Assembly: GCF_002571385.2 (NCBI RefSeq)
Contig: NW_019217896.1
Coordinates: forward strand, 215,247 to 279,246
DNA: 64,000 nt
Direction: 5' to 3'
Source: Stylophora pistillata
Taxonomy: Eukaryota
Shown here: positions 12,595 to 24,500 of the stretch, piece after piece
Layout of the letters: every line of letters starts with the position of its first letter
How positions within the stretch are numbered: the first letter of the stretch is position 1
The notes under the pieces: model-generated
What the model was told of the DNA's origin: nothing
Databases searched by the model: none
The model's input: the letters and a program-made list of their open reading frames with translations, nothing else
Made by a program: the position numbers and the translations under genes

Positions 12595-15500
12595 GTAAAG
12601 GTGTTTGTGTTCCAAAAAAGGAGGTTGGCTTATTTTTAAACCAAAATTACCAGGGAGAGTTCGAGAGAATTACAGCTAGTTAAAACGGTGGGACATGTCA
12701 GAGTTCTCTTGAGAAGATGATGTCAGAAAAGAGAAGCGAGCGAAATGAAGTTAATTTACTCTGAGAACCAGAAAGAGACAACTCAGAATTGGCAGTTGTA
12801 AATGAAACATATCATATGTAATCCTTAAAATCCAATTGGAAAAAATCTCTTTGGTGGCTGCAAATTTTTTCCAGTGAAAATACTTTTAGTTTTGGCACTA
12901 ACCGCCATTAGTTTTAATCTCAGAAAAAAAATTCGAGTTTTTACCTAAAATTTTCAGGTTATGCGTCCCGACTAATATATTGCGACTAAGAGGTTTTTCT
13001 CGTCGTGTTTTTTATTCGTTGAATACCGAAATATTTTTGAGAAGTAATTGGCAAGATCATAAAAAGAGGGTTAAACATTTTATCTTTTAGTTTGCCTCTT
13101 TAGTGGTTCTCTTCATATTTGTACAGAGAAAGATTGCGCACTGAAACATCGCGTCAACGAATTAATGAACTGGTTTTTTGTTTTCTTCATCAATACGCTG
13201 GAAAATAAAAGCTTTTTGAAAAGGAACAAGCGAAATAATTATGGTGAATTACCTAAAACATAATGAAATATTTCTCTTCTATTATTTGTGCCCAAATTGC
13301 TCACTTTTGTCACAAAACGTGGGGTATCCATGTAGTTTGGCATTCTGCATTTTTTAAACCCTCTTTTCCTCAGTAAGAAAAGATACACTTAGTTATGTAA
13401 AAATAATGAACGAAATTTCTCTTTACTTTACAGAGATGATTTGCCACAAACTTATGAAGCCGAGGTAGACAATCTTGCCGCCTTGGAAAGAAATCAGAGA
13501 TCTTTCCGTTGTAAGTTCCCCCCTTCACTTTCTTTATCTTCTCATGAACCAATTTTTCTATTTTTAAGAACCTTTAACTTTGTGTAATACAACTGTAGAA
13601 TCATCCTTGCGAGGGTTTTCTCTTGTCAGCGGTTCTTTGATTTAGAGATGCAACATTTCCACTCCTTTAAGCAAATTTATCGCAAAAAATGGCGCATTTA
13701 TCAGTGAAAATTGCATGAAATAAAAGGGAATTCATCTTTGTCGAACCATTTGGAAACCGCAGTTTGTAGCAGATTTTTTTCCCTTTCATTATTTTCAATA
13801 TTTCCAAGAAAGAAGTTTTGTAAGAAGAAAATTTAACTGAATTACAGAAAAATTTACAAAGATTGGCTTCTTTGATTTTCCTAAAACCATGTTTTGAATG
13901 TTTATCCTTGTGATTTTTGATGAAGGACTCAACGCTTAAAATGTCTCGAAAATGGGTTTAGAGGGACATTAAGGCATCGATTTTAATAGCAGTTTTTTAA
14001 TAGGGTCATCTTTCTTGAGATGAATTTCGCAAATACGAATATCTACTTTTCAGGAGCAAGTCCCACGATTGCTTTTATTTTTTACCAATTCTAGAGTCAA
14101 ATATTCCCCGAATTAAACTATTTTACTTGAAATATATACTGTTCTAAAATCGCGGTTGATTTTCGATGGGTTATGTTGGAAAGATAAACGAAATCGTAAA
14201 GATGGAAAATTAAATTTTTTCTTTTGTGGTAACGCGAGCGTAGCAACCAAAGTCTACTTGGTTGCTACTGGTTTGTTCACGTCAGAAATTTGTGCTATGT
14301 TACTGTAAAACAAATTTTCCAGGCGACGAGAATTTTCCCGAATAACGTTCATTTTTAATCAAAATGACTTAAGGAGGCTGTTGGATTAATTCGAAAATAG
14401 AAGTCGACAATTTAGTTGAAGTTCGCTTCTGTGAAAGTTCTGTTGAAATTCACTTCTGTGTAAACAAAGCTAAAATAATAATCTCTTTAAAGGTAATCAT
14501 GAAACTATTTTGAGAGAAACTGAAGAAAAGCATGGCGTCAATACTCCTCCCTGAATCTCACGCTTTTTCGGGAATAAACTCTAATTTTATCTACGCCACA
14601 AATCTTTCACCCCTCCCTGTAAGATTCGACGAGATCCGTCATCACTTTACCTGCGTAAATTCAAATGTAACATTCCATTTCCAGTAGAGCTAATGGTATC
14701 AAAATTGCCTCGCAGATGACGTATATGGCCCGGGAAGAAGGTCAAGCCACCAGAATGACGACAGCAACCTTTGCATTCCAATGTGCGCCAACAGCGGAAC
14801 CTGCGTTAACAGAACGTGCATCTGTTCCGTTGGGTGGCGGGGAAGAAGTTGCAGAGAGGGTGGGTTTGAATAAGGAGCTTTGTAAAGGTAGTTCATTCTA
14901 ATTAAGTGTGCAAATCTCAAAAGTGCTATGGCGTCAAAAGTCCTATTCACATCTCGTGAAGTTACCGCCAGAGTAGAGAAGTATGAACGATTATATGTTA
15001 ACTTTTAAATGCTCACTTGCGATTAGCAATGTCGAAAGTCAAAAATGAAAGACAGATGGTATATTTTTTTATTGTTTCAGAGGTCTGCTCGCCTGGGTGC
15101 TTGAACGGTGGTACCTGTGAAAATGGAAAGTGCAAATGCCCTTCAGGCTGGGAAGGAGACCGCTGTCAAAATAGTGAGTAAGATATATTTTAAGAGCTTT
15201 AAGACACCGGTATTTCCAGGTGTGAACAAGAGGATATTTCTCCTCAGTATCAACTGATTACATTGTCAAACTGTCAGGGGATTAAAATCTACAAAGATAC
15301 CAGCCACGAGAAATTTTTGACCACCAGATTCCCAAAACTAACATTTTAGAAGAAGCGTATGACAGAAATGAGGAGAATACTGCGACTTTAAGCTGTGATT
15401 AACGTCAGAACGACTTGCCTTTTCAGGAAGGTAACCTTTAGAACAGTTTCCTTTTGTAGACAGACTCAGTGAAACTCGCGCTCAGGTTAAAATTTTGGTG

Positions 15501-18500
15501 TTGCCTTAAGGGTTCGTCTGTACAAAGTTATCAAATAGCTTTAGTTTTCCTTGGGCGTGTTATAATGGACTTGCGTTCCATCCAGGTAGAGTGAATACAC
15601 GAGTGGCTTCAAACTACAGAACCCTGTGAGCAAGTTTTGCTTCCATCTTACTTCTAACCTTACAGGTCGTGATAGTTTATGCTTTTCTCCCATCAAATTC
15701 TCGTTAAAATGCATTTTAATTATTTTAACATCGTAAAGGTTAGTTAAAATCCCTCTATTAAGATTCAGTATAAAATTTCTTTTCGCAGTTGCGTGTACGA
15801 AAGACTGTGCGAATGGGGCAGCATGTGTGAACGATACCTGTGTTTGTATTAATGGCTGGGCCGGAGAAACTTGCACCAAAGGTAAGAAGATAAACGTTTT
15901 TTATCCACTCTTTGCTGATCTCTATTAAGTTTTCTTCTTTTACTCTCATAACAAACAAACAAGCCAAATAGGTGAAAGATGATACGATTCAGTAAATAAC
16001 ACAAGCACAGTCAGAGAAGAACTCCGAATGCTCTCAATAGGAATCGAACCTACGGCCTTGCGATTAGAACTTCGGATGCTCTACCACTGAGCTTCAGGAG
16101 ACTCGTAGTCGGCTTGTCCGTGTGAGAAGTGGATGGGGGTGAAAAAGACGGGCAATATATTAGATAATCCATAGGCTGCTTTAACTGTTTTGGAGCCCAG
16201 CGATTCTTCAGGGCACAATTATATTTCAGTTTTCAACTTCTGCAATTATACAAGAGAACCATTAATCTATCATGCCCTTTATTTAGTAGTGGATTATTAT
16301 TAAATTATTATTATTATTATTATTGTTGTTATTATTATTATTGTTATTTAGATTATTGTCTCGATTAATTTCTTTGTAAATTACCACTTGGCAGCTACCT
16401 GTATTCCATACTGTAAGAACGGGGGAGTCTGTGGAAGTCAACCGAATACATGTAATTGCCCACTTGGATATGACCCCAAAACCAACTGCGAGCAGTGTAA
16501 GTGAAATTTCCTTTTCAGATGTGGAATCGATGTTTACTTTATGTTATCTTAGATTTAGTACATTTAATTGAAAGCTACTCAAGGTAACATCCTCAGGAGA
16601 GTATTCCAAGCCCCCATTGTCCATAAAGGTATGGATCTTGAACAACCCAAATAAAAGTCTTCCTACAAAGTCTTCTTAGCAGGGTGCCTCAGCTGTTTTC
16701 CGTTCCATCGAACTATGTTCTAATTCTAAAACTATGGGTTGAACAAGGCACACAATTGTTTTTTCTTTTCCCTCGATGACAATGCACTTTCGTTTTTCCA
16801 AATAGCAAGGTGTAATCCTGATTGTGGCGTTGGCGGAATTTGTGCATTAAACGGCGCTGAGAGTAGACTAATGTGCTTGTGCAAGCAGGGATACTTCGGT
16901 GCCGCTTGCGACCAAGGTAAGCTACCTACACCTACCTAGTTACCAATACACCCCCTCGCTCAACTACCCTGGCCTCTTAGCTTCTATTCTTTTTTTTTTT
17001 ATCTATTTCAATTTTGATTTTTCCTTCATTTCAACAATTTATGATAAAAAGTAGCGCGACTAAAACATGACGTTTCGGCAACGACGTGTCACCATTATCA
17101 AATGTAAATTATTGGTTCAGTTACGTTATATAAAGAAAGGAAAGTGTGAAACTAAACTAGAATAAAATGAGATAGAGTAGAACAAAAGAAAGTGCATAAT
17201 TAAATGAGCAGTTTCGTTAAAATGACTGAGTCTTTTCGAGTGTTCAGAGTCGGTCTTTCTTTTTTTTTACTCGATCTCATTCCAATTCTAAGGTTAAATT
17301 ACATTTTGCCGTTTATTAAAACAAAACTATACAAATATAAGTTTAAGAGAGGAAAGAGTAATTACAGCTTAAACAACAGATAGATAAATAGTTCAAGGTC
17401 AAACGAAGACAGTAATTAAAACTAAGAAAAGTAATACATGAAAAGTTTTCTTTTAAAATAGTTTTCTGGTAAGCTTCTCCCATATAGATATAAGAATATC
17501 ATTCCAATAGTAGCACCCAATAACTGTTGGACAGAATCTCCTGATATTTATTCTGAAGAGACTAATTTCCTATATATCCACCCATTTACCTAGTTACTGC
17601 GCTATGTTTTACAACTTCCCTGATTTTTTTCGAGTCGTCTTTTGTTTAACTTCTTACAGTAAATCCGTGTGAGATGGACTTAGACGAAGGTGCAAGCTCG
17701 TACTTTCTAGCCGAAACTTTTACATTGAGTGACAGTAATAGTCTCGGCTGGAAGACAGATCCTGCAACCCAAAGAGCCTGTTTGAAATACCTTGAGGAAG
17801 TCAATAATCAGTGCCCTTCATTAAAGACATCATTCAACCAAACTGAATGCGAGAAATACTGCCGTAAGTTGAATGATTGCTTCCCTTATTACAAGGGGTG
17901 AAATGATCAATGATGCTATCTATCTTAAATCTTGGAACACACCATAGTCGACCATAATGTATTGCGCGTACGTACCTGAAAATCCCATCGGAAAAAAAGT
18001 GGTGTTGTATTTCCGTGTCCCACTAGTGCAACCTTCTAAAACAGCTAAGATTCCACCCCGAACATTTCAACTTCAGAATGTTTGATTTCTACCAAAAACT
18101 AAGCAGCAGAGCACTTGGCGACTAAACTGAACCATGTTAAGGTTCTTATCTGACAAGTATCGTAATTATTGCTGGAATATCGCGCATTTATATAGGCACT
18201 TATATAGGGTAGTTACGAAGGTTGTAAGTAATCGTTCCTTTCACATTTTGTTTTACAGTGCCTGCCGAAACGGATGATGTATGTAAAAAGATTTGGGATC
18301 CTGAGAGCTCGGGATATTCAAAAAGCAGTATTCCTCGTGGAAACCAGTCAGTTTACTACGACGCCGAGTCTAATACGTGCAAGAATTTCTTTACGCTTGG
18401 CTGCCTGGGAAATGCGAATAACTTTGGTAGTATGAACAGCTGTGAAGATAAATGCGTCCGTGAGTACTTCTACCCATGATTTCTCCCCTTTACATCTATG

Positions 18501-21500
18501 ATCTTCGTTTGATAAAGTAATAAAATGACTTGGAAACTAATAACGCCTTTAGTAAAAGGAATGAGTTTATGTGGAATTCTTGTTTGTTTTATTTATTGAG
18601 AGGTTGGTCAGTTTGAATGACTCCGGTAACGGTAGAGACTGCAAATAAAGGCGTATTTTACTGCATCATATCGTTGTATTAAACTATACCCTTGTGCGAT
18701 TGAAATTGTATGCTTTTTACCTTCATTTTCATCGTCTATTTTTTTTTTTTGCGCTAGATATTGCTGTTACAGCTTATTTGCCAAAGTGGTTGTTGCCTTC
18801 TTGTTTTTCTCCACTTTTTATGCTTCAGTTGTGCTTTAAAGTTCAGTGCTTGTGTTACCATAATTCATTATTTTCTTAACATATTCAATAATTTATCTTC
18901 ACAGGCACTGCTTCGAGATTGCCATTCATAAACAGTAAGTTTATGTTTATTCTGTTTGAGTACTTTTCCTAAACATAATTTCTATCATTTTTCAGTGGGT
19001 AAACCATAAGCATTAATTCTTTAATTTGTTTTCAGTCTCAAATAACCAATAGAAGCTACCGTTCTTTACGAGTTTTAATTTTGTTACGCTCCTGTGCACC
19101 CGTTATTACCCAAAGCTGTTTTAAGTCCTTGCACTCTTGTTTCATTTGTCAAGTGCGAAGTTCTGATTGGCTGTGATCACCCAGATGATTATTTCCAGCT
19201 ACGCAAACTTTTCCAACACGGCTACCTTTTACTTCATCGACAGCCGCGCATGGGAAAAAAATTTTAAGCCTTTCGTACCATTTTCGCTTTACCCCCATAA
19301 GACATATCGCTATCTCCTATTGCTCAGCGAGCCTCGGCATTATTTATTATAGAAGTTTTCGAGGCGTTTTTTTTTTTAACGGAATCCTTTATCTCTCATA
19401 CGTTTCTCATCACCGAAGGTTCCCAGGTAACCCACCAATTTTCGCAGTCGTATTAAACAGATATGACTTGTGGAGTAATGTCTCCCATTATATCAAACGT
19501 TCGATTAACGCGCAAGGGTAAGCAAATCCTGTGTTTTCTTTTGGCTACACTCGTCAACTCTACTTACTGTAATCTACCCACCTCCATTTGTTGAAGATGG
19601 CTGACTAGAGACCACTTTCATAAATGGCTGCCGTATAAATATTCTTTTGTTTAAATTTAAATCAGCCCTTCTGGCCTCGCTTGAGATAATGTATTCTTTT
19701 GAGTTTTGTACTGGAGAACAAGGCCAAGAGGGCTAATTTAAATTTAAACAAAAGAATATTAGTCCGGCAGCCATTTAGGAAGGTGGTCTATTGATGTTTC
19801 TGTTTCGCGCTTTTGTGAGACGTCGATTACGTCTCAGTCTATGAAAACACGAAGAAACCTAAATAATACTTATGCTATCATGACATCACGCTTGGTTAAT
19901 AAAAGAGATGTTTTTTTTTAATAGTTCTAATGATTTCTACTTTCATATCTTTTCAGCAACTGGAACTTGTTTTGTCACTGGCAGAGATCATTTCAACACA
20001 TTTGATAACACACCCTACAGATTCTTTCAGGGAAATTGTTCACAAATGCTTGTCTTGGACAAAGAAAACCCCGAAGAGTTTAAGGTGGTCCTGAATGGGA
20101 ACTCGGGTTGCGAAATGACTTATCCTTGTCAAAAATCCCTTGATTTGGTTTTGAATGGTGCGAAAGTATACCTTGGAGCTAAAACCAACACCACGTTTAT
20201 TGTGAAAGTCAATGATAAACAGGTTAATCTTCCATATACAGATTCGTGGCCTTATGTGAAAAAGGTGGGTGCATTTGAAAAAAAAAATGATTGTGGTTGT
20301 TAATGGTGTTGTAGTGCAATGATGCTAATGTTTTTCGTTTTTCCCACCATGCATTTGGTCAACTCTAGTGTTGATCGAGATTGCTTGACATAGTACTGAA
20401 TATGGAAACTGGAGTTTCCAGCTTGAGGGATTTCTGTTACAGCCAACTCTCTTTCCTACGTTGTTTACAGAAAGAGTTAGCTTGAAGTGATGGCCGCATT
20501 AGCAAAACGTTGCTTAGTCTTATATGCTTCAAGAAAGCATTCATAGAAATATTTTTTTTCTTTTACAGAGTGGTCGTTATGTTTTGGTGAAATCACAAGA
20601 CCACATCAACATTCTATGGGACGGTGTACAAGATGTCATTATCAAAGTCCCTGATAGCTATAAGCAATCCAATGCACACAAGTTGGTGGGTCTGTGTGGT
20701 CTTTTTGACGCGAAAAGTGCGAACGACTTTACCGACATCGAAGGCAATCTAAAGGGGAAAGAGGATATCCAAGACTTCGCAGACAGCTTCAAACAAGACG
20801 TAAGTTGTCTTAGCAGCCAGAACAGGAAGCCCCCCAACAGAACATCCAGTGAAATACGCGAAATCGAGGAGAAGTGTAGTTTGATGGGGGACGTGTTTGG
20901 CCCTTTCGGGCCGTGCCATAATTCTACCGATTACCGTCCTTTTATGGGAGTGTGCATGTCGGACTTGTACGGAACCAGTAAGCAATTCTGGGACGAAGCG
21001 AAATGCGACTCGTTCGCGCTCTACGCCCGTGTTTGCGCGTGGTTCCACGGTACGTCAGTCAAAGGATGGAGGACACCGAATAGTTGTCGTAAGTATACAA
21101 TCTTACCAGTCAGAATGAAAAGACTCCTTGAAATATTGGTGGCAAATGAAAACTATGGTGAAAGATGAATGGAGCTTAATTCAAACACTTATACGCTTTT
21201 TTGGAATGATAGTATGGTTGCTTGAGGGTGGTATCATCAACGGGTGAAAGAACTGTTTTTGCTGTCTGTGACATCAGACTAGACCACTGGGTTCAAACCA
21301 TTGGCCGTACACAGTTCTTCCCGTAGATTAGTAATGGTGTAAGGCGAAAAACGGACGATAGGTTTTCGGAAATAACCAGACAATCATGATTATATTTTGG
21401 ATTTTACGCCTGGAAATTATGAGGAGAAACAGTTGCGAGTGCAGCGCGAAGTGACGTGAGCTGGGACAGGGATACGTGTCAGAAGTTCGTGATTTTGTGT

Positions 21501-24500
21501 TCAGAAGAACGGCACCCCCCCGCCTTCCCCCCCCCCAAAAAAAAACTCTATGATCTGCGTAATTCTGCAAATGGGAATGCGATAGAAACGCAAAAGATTT
21601 TCTGAGCGCTCACTCGATAGTTATAGTAATATTTGGCGCCTTGTAACATGGAGTATATTCGCTTGCCAAGTTAGAAAACATAAGGCAGGCAAGGAGAAAA
21701 CACTGAGGAATAAAGAGGCGAAGGATGAAAAGGTAAATCTGATAAAATAGCAGCGCCTGAAAAAAAGGCTAAATTTTTCCTGCCAAATTTTCTGAGAATT
21801 ATTTGTTAAATTTAAGTTCATAACACCTTTGAAAGTTGTAAAAGCTAATTTCCTAATTCCTTGGTTTTTTTTTCACAGCAATCACGTGCCCAGCTGGATT
21901 CGTGTACAATGAATGTGGATCGTCTTGCCCATTGAATTGCCGGAATCTCAACAGCAAAAATGCCGGCTGTAACTCTCCTTGCACTGACGGATGTCATTGC
22001 CCCGAAGGAAAATGGCTGGACGGCAATGTTTGTGTTGAAAAAAGCAAGTGCTCCTGTTTGTATCGAAAGGTAGTTTACCCCAATGGCGCACAACGAGTGG
22101 AACCTTGTGAAACATGGTGAGTCTTCGCAAGGTGATAATTGGTAGCGGTTGTTATCAGGGTAAATTCGTTTGAATTTATCGTTCTTGTACTCTTAAATTG
22201 AGTGTGTGGCGTTCTTAGTTTTCTCTTACGGCAACTAACTTGTTTCAGCTGAGTATAAAGGCATGGACACCTCGTGATCATCGCTTATTGACCCATCATA
22301 TTAGTTTACAATAAAACAATGAATAACGTTGAAGACACACTGTGATTGGCTACTCAAACTCCGAATACACCTCCGAGCACTCGAGAAGGATTTGCGCCCG
22401 AAAATATTGTAATCGTTGCAGGAATAAATGAGTTCAAAACATATTTTTCGTTCTATATGATCTCACTCTTGTAGTATATACTTAAGTAAGTATTCATCTA
22501 AGTGTCGGTGGTTAGCCAACTCCATTGTAGTGAATAGTTGTTAAATGGCGATCGATGAACATCGAACGTTTATCCAACACTATAGCTGGTAAAGAGAAGA
22601 CATCTTTAACTGAACAAAAACGAAGAATAAACATAAAAAAGTTCACGAGTACCTGGAAAAAATTTGTTAAGTAGCGATCTGAAACGAATGTCATTTGGAT
22701 AATGTTCACCCAGTCCTTTTTAATTTTTCAAATTGGTCTTGTTTTTCTCACAGAAGTTGTTTTCGGAAGTTATCCTCGTTTGTTACGAAGATGTTTTTTC
22801 CAAGGCTTGGATCCCATAATAACGATATGAGCGAAATTACTAGACTAAAGATAACCCGACTTTGGCTTATCGACAATGTTGAATTCCAAGCAATGTTGTA
22901 TTGAAATAATTGCATCCTCATAACACCCAGTTTGGGCCTTCCAACTGACTCATAAAATTGATGAATTGAAACTGTCTATTTTTAGTACTTGTAACGGTGG
23001 AGAGTGGATGTGCTCAAAGAAGCCTTGTCCAGGTAAGTCATCGATTAATTGAGCTATTTTTCCCCGCTTTACTTATTCAAGCTTATTTCATACATCTGTA
23101 TTAGAGCCTTTTCAAATAGCAGCTGAATATATAAACCGCTTGAAGGTAAACTACTTAGAAAATTCATACCATTGTGACTCCTAAAAGGACTCATGTAATT
23201 TGTAACCCATAAGTGTCATGTAGCAAAGTGCTGCTCCGTTAAAAAATATGATTATAGAGGTGACAAAATAATACCGTAATTTTCTAAATGATTGAATGAA
23301 TACATAAGCCGATTGGAGAGAGTCTTTTTATTTTGGTCACGATTTTAGATCTGTATCTTGGGTCGTTAGATTTAGAAGCAGTTACCTATAGTCCGACAGG
23401 TTTTGTGAACACCAACGCACTTTGCTTTAATTTACAAGTACATTATATGCGAGGGAAAGCAGAAATGCAGCATACGTGGATAAAAGAATGAAAATTAACC
23501 TTCCATAAAGTTCCACTAGTTTAGCTGCAATGCCAGCTACTTGTAGTCTCCAATTCGAAACAAGCAAACAAACAAAGGAAAAACCTACCCCCCTCCCCCC
23601 CCCGAAAAAAAGACAAGAACATCAAAGGAAAAAGGACGTAAGTTTGCAGAAGGTGAACAAAAGTGCAGTCTACAAACTTGGGGTAAAATTTTTCTGATGC
23701 ACAGATCCTCAAATGACTTCTTAATATTTAACTGATCGCGACTCCCAAGTTCAGAATTGTAGGCATGAATTGCAGCTTGCAGTTTTAGATTTAGCTGAGT
23801 AGCTAGGCACTTGCCGACCTTTATTTTAGGCCAAAATCAGCGTGTGGAGACCTCTTTTGCGTGGACTATTTTCGAGAGCGTTCCTTCCCCATTACATGAT
23901 TTTGACAAATTATTTTATTGCCTCTTAGGAACTTGCTCCGTCATCGGTGACCCTCACGTCACCACTTTTGACGGCAAGACGTACACCATGCATTTGAAGG
24001 AATGCTCGTATGTGCTGTCAGAGCAGTGTCACATGCCTAATGGAGTAGGTCGGGGCTACTCCATCACTATTCGCAACAGAAACTGCACAGCAAATTACGC
24101 AAATTGTAAACGGGAATTGCTTGTGAATGTTACTGGCCAACCATTCTTAATTTTGGATGTCGATGATGCTACCAGGAAGCCGACTGCTTCCATCGAGACT
24201 CAAAGTGGCAGCGTGACGAGTGTCAAAACGGATTACTCCGCTGAGAAGATGGATGTCGAGTTTCTTGGTGACCGAAACATTTTTGTTCGTGTTGACCTAG
24301 GGGTAAGAATCGATGAGCTGGGCTTTACGAAACAAGCAAAAGTTTCAAACTTATCCAAATTGATTGAAGAGAATGAACGCGTCGCAGGTATTTCGTTTGG
24401 TTATGGATCCTGAGAGATCGATTCCTTGAGATATCTCTTTCCTTTTTGCTAAACTCTATCACGTGAGCCTTACCGGGGATAATACCATTTATTATTTCGC

